A stretch of 64,000 nucleotides of DNA from Nitrospirota bacterium (GTDB lineage: Bacteria; Nitrospirota; Thermodesulfovibrionia; Thermodesulfovibrionales; UBA9159): the NCBI GenBank assembly GCA_963699545.1, contig CAVOUE010000005.1, positions 416,001-480,000 on the forward strand. The letters are read 5' to 3'. Positions 31,689 through 39,890 of the stretch are shown here, piece after piece (position 1 is the stretch's first letter; each line of letters starts with the position of its first letter). A model generated the notes under the pieces. The model was not told where the DNA came from. It saw nothing but the letters and a program-made list of their open reading frames with translations, and made no database searches. The position numbers and the translations under genes are program-made.

Positions 31689-31749
31689 GTCCATTTCAAT
31701 CTTGCTGAGAGACGGCCTTACCATGCTGGAGAACAATCATACAGTTCAA

Positions 31750-32550
31750 TTACATCCGGCAGTACCCGGCCTCATAATCCTGCAGTTCCGTGATGGACGG
31801 ATGCTGTCCGCACACAGGGCATTCGGGGTTCTTGGGCACCTTCACCCGCCGGAACGTCGTTTTCAGCGCGTCATAGATGAGGAGCATGTTCGTCAGGGCA
31901 TCCCCTTTCCCGAGTATGAGCTTGATGACCTCAATGGCCTGAAGCGAGCCTACCACCCCGGGTATGGCGCCGATCACCCCGGCCTCCTGGCAGGAAGGGA
32001 CGAGACCTGCAGGGGGCATCTCCTCGAAGAGGCACCGGTAACAGTGGCCCTTTCCCGGTACAATGGTGGTGACCTGCCCCTCAAATTTCAGGATGGCACC
32101 GCTCACAAGAGGTTTCTTGAGCAGGACGCATGCATCATTGACAAGATACCGTGTCGGGAAATTATCGCTGCCGTCCACCACGATATCATAGTCCCTCATG
32201 AAATCCATGATATTGTCCTTATTCATCCGCTCCTTTATTCCCACCACTTTTATGTCGGGATTCAGGGCTTCAAAGGTGGCCTTCGCTGAATCCACTTTCA
32301 GCATGCCGAGACGGCCGGTGTTATGGGCGATCTGGCGCTGGAGATTGCTCAACTCCACAGAGTCGTTGTCAACCATCCCGATGATCCCCACACCGGCGGC
32401 AGCAAGATAATATCCCACCGGGCAGCCCAGACCGCCGGCCCCGATGATAAGGACCTTCGCCTGGAGGATCTTTTTCTGACCCTTTCCGCCGACCTCGGGC
32501 AGGATGATATGCCTGCTGTATCGCTGGAGCTGATCCTCCGTGAATTCCAC
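31750..32550 (-). CDS. moeB: MoeB/ThiF-family adenylyltransferase (E1-like)
   Basis: RYSRHI, GAGGLG, SNLQRQ, CYRC and CPVC Zn motifs; no rhodanese fusion. Confidence 0.9.
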   Translation of the reverse strand: MEFTEDQLQRYSRHIILPEVGGKGQKKILQAKVLIIGAGGLGCPVGYYLAAAGVGIIGMVDNDSVELSNLQRQIAHNTGRLGMLKVDSAKATFEALNPDIKVVGIKERMNKDNIMDFMRDYDIVVDGSDNFPTRYLVNDACVLLKKPLVSGAILKFEGQVTTIVPGKGHCYRCLFEEMPPAGLVPSCQEAGVIGAIPGVVGSLQAIEVIKLILGKGDALTNMLLIYDALKTTFRRVKVPKNPECPVCGQHPSITELQDYEAGYCRM

Positions 32551-32795
32551 TACTCCTTCTCCTTCCTGACCTGGATGATCCAGTCAGTGTCATTGATCTT
32601 CTCCACCTTCAAGACACGCTGACCATGATCTTCCATGGATTTCGGAATGCTCCTGGATGCTTCCTCATAGTCAAGAAGGATCTCAATGGTCTGGCCGACC
32701 TCCAGATCTTCGACAGCGAGCTTTGATTTCACAAACGTGTAGGGACAGACAAGCCCCTTAATGTTTATCTTTTTGTCGATCTTCAGATCTTCCAT
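32550..32795 (-). CDS. TusA/SirA family sulfurtransferase
   Basis: GLVCPY motif, 81 aa, GAGGAGG RBS. Confidence 0.9.
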   Translation of the reverse strand: MEDLKIDKKINIKGLVCPYTFVKSKLAVEDLEVGQTIEILLDYEEASRSIPKSMEDHGQRVLKVEKINDTDWIIQVRKEKE

Positions 32796-32927
32796 CCCGT
32801 TTCCCTCCTCGTCATTCAGCTGAGCCTGTGGGTATATATTAGCTAACCTTATTGACACATAAGCGTTACTTATTATGACCGAACGAGAGAAGAAAAGCAA
32901 CAGGTCCGGGACGACAAGGGGCCGGCC

Positions 32928-34235
32928 TCATTCCTCTTTTCCCTCGACTCTTACAAACAGGGTCTTATCAGAGACGACCGGAAGGTTGTCGATCTCCCTG
33001 ACGGCGTTCAGGACGTCACGTTCCTTCGCCCTATGGGTCAGAACAACCAGGGGAACCGAACCACTGATGCTCCTCCCTTTCTGGATCACCGACGCAATGC
33101 TTATATTGCACTTACCGAGGATCCCTGATATGTTCGAAAGGACCCCAGGCTTGTCCAGGGCAGAGAACCTGAAGTAGTACATGCTCTCGACCTCTTCCAT
33201 TTTCCTGATCTTCCTCGTTCCCGCCCCTTCCGAGATCCACGGTATCCTCCTGACACCGCCGGAGATGATGTTCCTCCCGATGTCAACGATGTCCGCTATC
33301 ACAGCACTGCCCGTCGGCAAATCGCCGGCCCCTCTTCCGTAGTACAGGGTCGACCCTACAGCATCGCCCTCAACATACACCGCATTAAATACGCCGTCCA
33401 CCTTCGAGATCAGATACTCGCTGGGTATCATGGTCGGATGGACTCTCAGCTCGACCTCCCCGTCTGTAGCCTTGGTTATGGCAAGAAGCTTCACCTTATA
33501 TCCCAGTTCCGAGGCGAATTCGATGTCCTGTGAGGTTATCCTTGTAATCCCCTCCTTATAAACACGATCCAGCGAGAGGGGAATCCCGTAGGCAAGGGAG
33601 GAAAGGATGGTAAGTTTATGGGCCGAATCGATGCCCTCGATATCGAAGGTGGGATCCGCCTCTGCATAACCGAGCCTCTGCGCGTCCTTCAGTGCATCGG
33701 AAAATTCAACTTTTTCCTCGGTCATCCTGGTGAGGATGTAATTGGAGGTCCCGTTGATAATGCCGTAGATCGCAATCATATTGTTCGCCACGAGCCCCTC
33801 GCGTATGACCTTGATGATCGGTATCCCCCCTGCCACAGACGCCTCGAACCCAATCTCAACGCCCTGCTTCTGCGCCTCGCTGAACAGCTCGTTGCCCTCA
33901 GTGGCAAGGAGAGCCTTGTTCGCAGTCACCACGTGTTTCCTTCTCCGGATAGCGTCAAGGATAAACTCTTTCGCCGGATGGATGCCTCCCACGAGTTCAA
34001 CAACAATATCTATGTCAGGATCATTAAGGACTTCCCCGGCGTCAGGCGTAAGAACGCCTCCCGGCAGGGTAATCCCCCTGTCCCTCTGAAGGTCCCTGTC
34101 CGCAACTTTCTTGAGGACGATATCGAAACCGGTCCTTTCTGAAAGAATGTTTCTGTTTTCAAGAAGGATCTTCGCGGTGCCGCTCCCGACTGTGCCGAAA
34201 CCGATAACGCCGACGCTTATCTTGTTCTTTCCCAT
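32928..34235 (-). CDS. hom: Homoserine dehydrogenase
   Basis: GFGTVG, VTANKA, EASVAGGIP, INGTSNY, C-terminal ACT. Confidence 0.95.
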   Translation of the reverse strand: MGKNKISVGVIGFGTVGSGTAKILLENRNILSERTGFDIVLKKVADRDLQRDRGITLPGGVLTPDAGEVLNDPDIDIVVELVGGIHPAKEFILDAIRRRKHVVTANKALLATEGNELFSEAQKQGVEIGFEASVAGGIPIIKVIREGLVANNMIAIYGIINGTSNYILTRMTEEKVEFSDALKDAQRLGYAEADPTFDIEGIDSAHKLTILSSLAYGIPLSLDRVYKEGITRITSQDIEFASELGYKVKLLAITKATDGEVELRVHPTMIPSEYLISKVDGVFNAVYVEGDAVGSTLYYGRGAGDLPTGSAVIADIVDIGRNIISGGVRRIPWISEGAGTRKIRKMEEVESMYYFRFSALDKPGVLSNISGILGKCNISIASVIQKGRSISGSVPLVVLTHRAKERDVLNAVREIDNLPVVSDKTLFVRVEGKEE

Positions 34236-34363
34236 CCTTGGCTCCCTGTCATCCGTATTGGCATATCGTATATTATGCTCCAAAAGGATGAAGTACTTCA
34301 ACACGTCTGCAGGTGCAACGCCCCGTCCGCGCGACAGTCGGACACTTACGGTATAATAGAACA

Positions 34364-36265
34364 ATGTCGGAATACGGACAGATCCATAATCGAAGGGACC
34401 GGCCCCAAAAGTCCGGAGGCACATCGGGCACTGATGGGAGAATGCCCCGAGGGGTGCGCCTGCCCTCATTTCTTTCGAAATGGATGCTGCTGTTCTGCGC
34501 ATTCTCTCTCCTCGCAGGGGCGGTTGCCGGGTTCGTCTACTGGAGCATTTCAGACCTCCCTGCCCTTAAATCCCTGGAGGAGTATTCCCCGGCCGAATCC
34601 TCCCTGGTATACTCATCTGACGGCGAGATCCTCGCAGAACTCTACCTCGAAAGAAGGACATTCATCCCCTATTACAAAATCCCCGACCACGTGAAAAAAG
34701 CCTTCATCGCCATAGAGGACGTACGTTTTTACAGTCACCCCGGCGTAGACTTTATCGGCATTCTCAGGGCCCTCTATCAGGACCTCAAGACCAGAAGCAT
34801 TGCCCAGGGCGGGAGCACCATCACGCAGCAGCTTGCAAAAATGGTCTTCCTCAAGCCTGAGAGAAGCGTGAAGCGGAAGTTGAAGGAGGCGGCCATCTCT
34901 ATCCAGATAGAGAAACGCTACACGAAGGACGAGATACTGGGGCTTTACCTGAACCAGGCGTATTTCGGGACGCGCGCCTACGGCATCGAGGCGGCGGCGC
35001 AGACTTACTTTGGCAAGTCAGTGGGTCAGCTCACCGTGGGTGATGCCGCAGTCCTGGCCTCTCTGCCCAAGGCTCCCTCCCAATACTCACCCTTTAGGAA
35101 TCCCGAGAAGGCGAAGGAGAGGAAAACCACGGTACTGAGACTGATGCTGCAGGACAAATTCATCACAAGGGCACAGTACGAAGAGGCAGAAAGCGACCCC
35201 ATGCCGGTAACCCCGCACTACCGTAAATATGAGGCGCCCTATTTTGTCGAGATAGTGAGACAGGAACTGGAGGCGAGATTCAATCATGAACTCTATACCG
35301 CCGGATACAAGATTTACTCCTCCATAGACTCCTCGATGCAGAAGGCGGCGGAGGAGGCCGTGACGAACGGAATCATCGCTGTCGAGAAAAGGGCAAAGAA
35401 GGGGGTGCAGGCCGCGCTCATCGCCGTAGAGATAAAGACCGGCCAGATCAGGTCAATGGTGGGAGGCTCTGACTTCTGGAAAAACCAGTTCAACCGGTCG
35501 ACGCAGGCGCTGCGGCAGCCCGGTTCCGCCTTCAAGCCCTTTGTGTATCTCACGGCCATCGAACACGGGATGACTTCCACTGATACGATACTGGACGCCC
35601 CTATCTCCTTCAAAGGGGCCAGGCCGGGTCACCCATGGAGCCCGAAGAACTATGACGGGAAGTATCATGGCACAGTCACCCTCAAGACCGCCCTTGCAAA
35701 GTCCCTGAATGCCGCCACCGTACGGCTTGCGGACAGGGTGGGAGTCGACAGTATCATCGAGACTGCCCAGAGGCTCGGCATAAGGAGCACCCTCCAGCCG
35801 TATCTTCCCATCGCCCTGGGCGCCTCGGATGTGACCCTCATGGATATGGTGTGTGCGTACAGTGCCTTTGCCACCGGCACTCAGGTGAAGCCCGTGTTCT
35901 ATGAATGGGTGATGAACAAGGACGGAATGCCGGTGAGCGAGATGAAGGAGGAAAGGACCGATATCATATCCCAGGAGGATACGGAGGAGATGAGAAAATT
36001 GCTCCGGGCCGTTGTGGAGGAAGGGACGGCCATGAGGGCTAAGGAACTCAAGAGAACGCTCTACGGAAAGACCGGTACCACGAACGATTACTCAGACGCA
36101 TGGTTCATAGGCTTCGATGACCGTCTTGTGGTGGGTGTCTGGGTGGGAAGGGACGACCACACGCCCATAGGGGTAAAGGAAACAGGCGCCAGGGCGGCTC
36201 TCCCCATATGGATGGAGTTTATGAAAAAAGTGCCTCAACAAACTCTTTCGAATCAAAATCCCTGA
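34364..36265 (+). CDS. Class A penicillin-binding protein (PBP1A family)
   Basis: TM anchor, EDVRFY and GGSTITQQLAK (transglycosylase), GSAFK, SLN, KTGT (transpeptidase). Confidence 0.93.
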   Translation: MSEYGQIHNRRDRPQKSGGTSGTDGRMPRGVRLPSFLSKWMLLFCAFSLLAGAVAGFVYWSISDLPALKSLEEYSPAESSLVYSSDGEILAELYLERRTFIPYYKIPDHVKKAFIAIEDVRFYSHPGVDFIGILRALYQDLKTRSIAQGGSTITQQLAKMVFLKPERSVKRKLKEAAISIQIEKRYTKDEILGLYLNQAYFGTRAYGIEAAAQTYFGKSVGQLTVGDAAVLASLPKAPSQYSPFRNPEKAKERKTTVLRLMLQDKFITRAQYEEAESDPMPVTPHYRKYEAPYFVEIVRQELEARFNHELYTAGYKIYSSIDSSMQKAAEEAVTNGIIAVEKRAKKGVQAALIAVEIKTGQIRSMVGGSDFWKNQFNRSTQALRQPGSAFKPFVYLTAIEHGMTSTDTILDAPISFKGARPGHPWSPKNYDGKYHGTVTLKTALAKSLNAATVRLADRVGVDSIIETAQRLGIRSTLQPYLPIALGASDVTLMDMVCAYSAFATGTQVKPVFYEWVMNKDGMPVSEMKEERTDIISQEDTEEMRKLLRAVVEEGTAMRAKELKRTLYGKTGTTNDYSDAWFIGFDDRLVVGVWVGRDDHTPIGVKETGARAALPIWMEFMKKVPQQTLSNQNP

Positions 36266-37124
36266 GATCTTCTCCTCCCTCGCCAACACCGATGAGACGT
36301 ATGGGTATCCCGAGTTCCTTCTTTATGGCAAATACGATCCCGCCCTTGGCAGTGCCATCCAGCTTCGTGAGGGCGATACCGGTCACTCCCACAGCGCTGT
36401 CAAATATCTCTGCCTGCCTGAGGGCATTCTGTCCTGTGGTGGCGTCCACCACGAGAAGAGTTTCGTGGGGAGCCCCCGGCATGGCTTTGTCGATCACCCT
36501 CCTCACTTTCTTCAGCTCTTCCATGAGCGGACTTTTTGTATGAAGCCTTCCGGCAGTATCGATGATCACCACATCCACTTTCCTGCTCCTGGCTGCGGAA
36601 AGCGAATCAAAGGCGACCGCAGCAGGATCCGAGCCGCTCTGATGTTTCACGATCTGGGCCCCGGTTCTCCTGGACCATATCTCGAGCTGCTCTGCGGCTG
36701 CGGCACGGAACGTGTCACCGGCTGCCAGAAGAACCGATTTCCCTTCAGAGATAAAACGGCCTGCAAGTTTTCCGATGGTGGTGGTCTTCCCGACCCCGTT
36801 CACACCCACAGTGAGGATAACAAAGGGCCTTTCTCCTGATACAACGAGAGGCAGGGACGGCCCGAGCAGCGTCGTCATCTCCTGTTTGAGGAACTCCCTG
36901 ACGTCTTCAGTATTGCGGATCTCGCCCTGCTTCGCCTTGTCCCTGAGGAGATCCACGATCTCCCCTGTGGCCTTGACGCCGACATCCGACGCGATAAGGG
37001 TCTCCTCAAGTTCATCGAGGGTCTCGTCATCGATCGCTCTTCCGGTGAAAAGCGCCTCCACCTTCCCGATGAAGCCCTTCCTCGTTTTTTCAAGTCCTTC
37101 CTTTAACCTGTCAAAAAAACCCAT
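36219..37124 (-). CDS. ftsY: Signal recognition particle receptor FtsY
   Basis: GVNGVGKTTT, DTFRAAA, DTAGR, TKLDG. Confidence 0.97.
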   Translation of the reverse strand: MGFFDRLKEGLEKTRKGFIGKVEALFTGRAIDDETLDELEETLIASDVGVKATGEIVDLLRDKAKQGEIRNTEDVREFLKQEMTTLLGPSLPLVVSGERPFVILTVGVNGVGKTTTIGKLAGRFISEGKSVLLAAGDTFRAAAAEQLEIWSRRTGAQIVKHQSGSDPAAVAFDSLSAARSRKVDVVIIDTAGRLHTKSPLMEELKKVRRVIDKAMPGAPHETLLVVDATTGQNALRQAEIFDSAVGVTGIALTKLDGTAKGGIVFAIKKELGIPIRLIGVGEGGEDLRDFDSKEFVEALFS

Positions 37125-37741
37125 TAGCTCTCCTTCTCAAGTAAGATGATGCCATCATAATAACCCTTTGCTTTTTCCTTTTTCCAGTTTAAAGGATTTT
37201 CGATATCCTCTTCCCATCTCACAGAATTGCTGATAACGTACTGTCTGATGCGATTCAGCTGATCTTCGCCCCGGATGACATGTTCATAGTAGTTGCGCTG
37301 CCATAATCGACCCGAGAGTTCGCTGTTGTTCTGATTTATCCATTTTAAGTACTCCGTTGAAACCATTGATTTAAATGCACCCACGACATTCCCTAAGGTA
37401 GGGGCAGGGCTCGCCCCTGCCCTCTTCACCTTTTCATCATCAGGGTTAACAGGGATTTGACCCTCCGCATGCCGGGCAACCGCAAGGGTTGCCCCTACAT
37501 GAATCCATAAAATGCAGTGGATGTGGTTCGGCATTATCACAAACTCATCCAGTTCAATGCTGGAGAACCTTTTGGGCAGATTCCGCCACTGTTCCTCAAT
37601 TATCGACGCGACAATGGCATCTTCAAAAATGCATTCTTTCTTATATGCGCATATCGTGGCAAAATATGCCCCTTTACTGGAATAGTCGTAACCCTTCAAT
37701 CTGATCGAACGGCGATGATGGATTTCAGGATTATATTTCAT
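37124..37741 (-). mobile_element. REP-associated tyrosine (HUH/Y1) transposase, RAYT-like
   Basis: HRRSIRLKGYDY, VIMPNHIH (HUH), WQRNYYEHVIR..YVISN. Confidence 0.88.
37398..37498. repeat. Inverted REP doublet inside the RAYT coding sequence
   Basis: GTAGGGGCAGGG-CTCG-CCCCTGCCC at 37398-37422 and GGGCAACC-GCAA-GGGTTGCCCCTAC at 37474-37498. Confidence 0.75.
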
Positions 37742-37755
37742 CTTCCCCCACTGTC

Positions 37756-37927
37756 TTACAAGAAACGGGGCAGAAAGACATTTCCTGGCAAATTGTCGGG
37801 GGCTTTTCTTGCGGGTTTCTTTATCCCAAGCCTATACATACAAGCGGGATTTTCTCCTGCGGCTGTAAGACTCGTAGTCTTCTTCAGGTTCAGCTATCCT
37901 GCGGGTATAAACAAGGTTATAGCTCAC
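37756..37927 (-). pseudogene. Remnants of two RelE/ParE-type toxin N-termini and an antitoxin C-terminus
   Basis: GTG 37927 (GTGA overlap with antitoxin stop) MSYNLVYTRR fused to IAEPEEDYESYSRRRKSRLYV*; ATG 37839 MYRLGIKKPARKAPDNLP..* (27 aa). Confidence 0.55.
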
Positions 37928-38121
37928 TCTCCAAAAAGCTCTTTATGTGATTTTGTCCTGCCTGTTTTATATTCGGCTCTTGCCTCCTTGATACTTTGAA
38001 GATAATCAGGGGAAGTCATGGCAAGCAAATCTTCAATAAAAGCCTCTCTTTCATATTTCTTCATTTTCTTAACAGCTCCGATAATATCGTCTGATGAAAT
38101 AGGCACTTTTACTTCTATCAT
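37924..38121 (-). CDS. Putative type II antitoxin (RelB-like)
   Basis: 65 aa; SPDYLQSIKEARAEYKTGRTKSHKELF C-terminus typical of RelE-associated antitoxins; GGAGG RBS. Confidence 0.65.
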   Translation of the reverse strand: MIEVKVPISSDDIIGAVKKMKKYEREAFIEDLLAMTSPDYLQSIKEARAEYKTGRTKSHKELFGE

Positions 38122-38155
38122 GAATAGCACCTCCCTCTAAGTGTTATTTTAACAT

Positions 38156-38236
38156 TCATTCCTTCCCCGCCACAATCTCAATCTCCTCATCGGTCAAACC
38201 ATACAATATGCAAACTATCTCATCTATCAGTTTGAC
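38156..38236 (-). repeat. RM-enzyme C-terminal relic, copy A
   Basis: KLIDEIVCILYGLTDEEIEIVAGKE*; core CCACAATCTCAATCTC at 38170-38185. Confidence 0.8.
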
Positions 38237-38262
38237 GTTTCTGTTTGGTCCTATATTATCGT

Positions 38263-38454
38263 TTACTGCGGGTCTGGAATTCCAAGCTGTCTGCAAATCT
38301 TCATCGCCAAGAGATCGGCGATATCTGTGTGTCTTGGAATTGTGGTTGATTTATCCGTACTGGCAAGATTTATATAGCGGGAGTGCTTTGCACCTTCTCT
38401 CAAAAGAACACATCCATGGCGTTCCAGGTGCCTGATCAGCTCCTTTCTCTTCAT
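38263..38454 (-). CDS. hicA: HicA-family toxin
   Basis: MKRKELIRHLERHG..REGAKHS..TTIPRH..KICRQLGI. Confidence 0.88.
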   Translation of the reverse strand: MKRKELIRHLERHGCVLLREGAKHSRYINLASTDKSTTIPRHTDIADLLAMKICRQLGIPDPQ

Positions 38455-38651
38455 ACCTCAATTTCTTCCAGCACGACCTCACGTTTTGGCAGGGAAGAAA
38501 TATCAACCGGTTTCTGCATTTCACGCACGGCATCGATCAGGTTTTCCTTCGCCTCTTCAATCGTTTTTCCCTGAGTGAGCGCCCCCGGAACATCATCGGC
38601 CCACGCCACCCACCACTTGCCGTCTTTGACAAAAGTGGCTTTTATCTTCAT
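38451..38651 (-). CDS. hicB: HicB-family antitoxin (short)
   Basis: WWVAW..VPGALTQGKTIEEAKENLIDA; ATGA overlap with hicA. Confidence 0.88.
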   Translation of the reverse strand: MKIKATFVKDGKWWVAWADDVPGALTQGKTIEEAKENLIDAVREMQKPVDISSLPKREVVLEEIEV

Positions 38652-38785
38652 AGCTTACCTCCTTTGAATCCAACTCCTTTTCTCAACGGCCTTTCCCGCC
38701 ATTTCACCGTCACAGAGGCTGTGCCGCTGTGGGCAAGAGACCGGACCTCCGAAAAGCCTTCCTGAGTTATTATATAACACTTTTA

Positions 38786-38955
38786 TCACTTTACCCCTCC
38801 CTCCACAATCTCAATCTCTTCCTGTGTGAGGTCATAGAGCCTATATACTATCTGGTCTATCAGATTATCTGTTGCTTTTATCTTCTCCTTCAACGGCTCA
38901 AGAACGGCACTGCTCTTTATGAAATGTTTCTCCAATAATTCCTGAGTCTTTCGAC
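38786..38955 (-). repeat. RM-enzyme C-terminal relic, copy B
   Basis: RKTQELLEKHFIKSSAVLEPLKEKIKATDNLIDQIVYRLYDLTQEEIEIVEGGVK* with no start codon and an upstream in-frame stop; core at 38803-38818. Confidence 0.8.
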
Positions 38956-39018
38956 CCGGCCTTCAATTCCTCTTCAACCCACCTTGTCGTTCCCTGAAAA
39001 CTCATGTTGTTTCCTCTC

Positions 39019-39846
39019 CTATGATGCTTCCGAAAGTCTTTCCATCCATATTCCGTTCAAATACGACAAATCTCCCGCATCAGCGTCATGGAGCGCCTTC
39101 AGGTACCGCTTCTTCCCTTGAGGGTCAACTGACGCAGTCTCAGCGGTCGGAAGCCTTAGCCTGAAAAGTATTGCAGACAATAAAATCCTGCCGACACGGC
39201 CATTGAAATCCTTAAACGGATGAATCCACTGAAACCGCCAGTCGGCATAGGCAAGAGTCTCTGCAAATTTTTCAATGTCCCTCTTTTGCAGGGCCCCTGT
39301 GAGCCGAACGGCAAGATCGTCGCAATACAAGCGCATGTGAACAGGGACTTCGAAATATGGCGGAGGGATATGTGAGCCTACCTGGACATTCACATCTCTG
39401 AACCTTCCCGCCCAGTCAGGGAACAATGAGCCTGCTATGTCGCTGTGAAGTTTGCATATCCACTCCGGGGTAATGTGAATATCTTCAGGAATCCCATTAG
39501 TGATCTGCTCCACGCTTATTGCGACGGATACGGCGAGGATTTCTGCTACTTCAGAATATGTCTTTATACCCTGCGCTGTTTCAAAATAGCGGGTTGAATC
39601 TATCGGACGTGTGCTGCCTTCTCCCTTTCGAGGAGCTCCTTCAGGCGGCTCATACTCACTGGCTCCTTCTCGAACTCCATGGACTTCACCACCCAGTCCA
39701 GTATCTTCTCCTGATATGCCTTCCTGAGCACGTTTATATCTGCGTGACTTTCCTGCCACTTTTCGAGCCTTTGCTGGGCCTTCTTTATCTCTGCCTTTGT
39801 CATCTTGTTCTTCCTTGCTTTTATTTTGACATTTATTAGTTTTCAT
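39019..39846 (-). CDS. Fic/Doc family protein (start uncertain)
   Basis: WAGRFRDVNVQVG and HPFKDFNGRVGR Fic-like motif. Confidence 0.85.
   Translation of the reverse strand: MKTNKCQNKSKEEQDDKGRDKEGPAKARKVAGKSRRYKRAQEGISGEDTGLGGEVHGVREGASEYEPPEGAPRKGEGSTRPIDSTRYFETAQGIKTYSEVAEILAVSVAISVEQITNGIPEDIHITPEWICKLHSDIAGSLFPDWAGRFRDVNVQVGSHIPPPYFEVPVHMRLYCDDLAVRLTGALQKRDIEKFAETLAYADWRFQWIHPFKDFNGRVGRILLSAILFRLRLPTAETASVDPQGKKRYLKALHDADAGDLSYLNGIWMERLSEAS
39600..39803 (-). CDS. Small protein overlapping the Fic ORF, probable antitoxin
   Basis: 67 aa helical; SMEFEKE resembles the S/G-x-x-x-E-G/N Fic-inhibitory motif; AAGGA upstream. Confidence 0.6.
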   Translation of the reverse strand: MTKAEIKKAQQRLEKWQESHADINVLRKAYQEKILDWVVKSMEFEKEPVSMSRLKELLEREKAAHVR

Positions 39847-39870
39847 TGCAATAGTTTCGATTTTCTTTTC

Positions 39871-39890
39871 CCCTCCACAATCTCAATCTC
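39871..39890 (-). repeat. Repeat copy C, overlapping the stop codon of the S-subunit gene
   Basis: CCCTCCACAATCTCAATCTC identical (20 nt) to 38799-38818; reads EIEIVEG in an alternative frame. Confidence 0.8.

Noticed and set aside
30872-32927. SAM riboswitch or T-box in intergenic gaps of the sulfur-relay cluster
   Set aside because: No recognisable aptamer or T-box consensus in these gaps.
34236-34502. 89-aa N-terminal extension of Hom in the ORF track
   Set aside because: Overlaps the divergent PBP1A start; Hom homology begins at ATG 34235.
38170-39890. 16-20 bp repeats as CRISPR repeats or integron attC sites
   Set aside because: Spacing is 633 and 1072 bp with whole genes between; no attC-like palindrome and no integrase or cas gene in the window.
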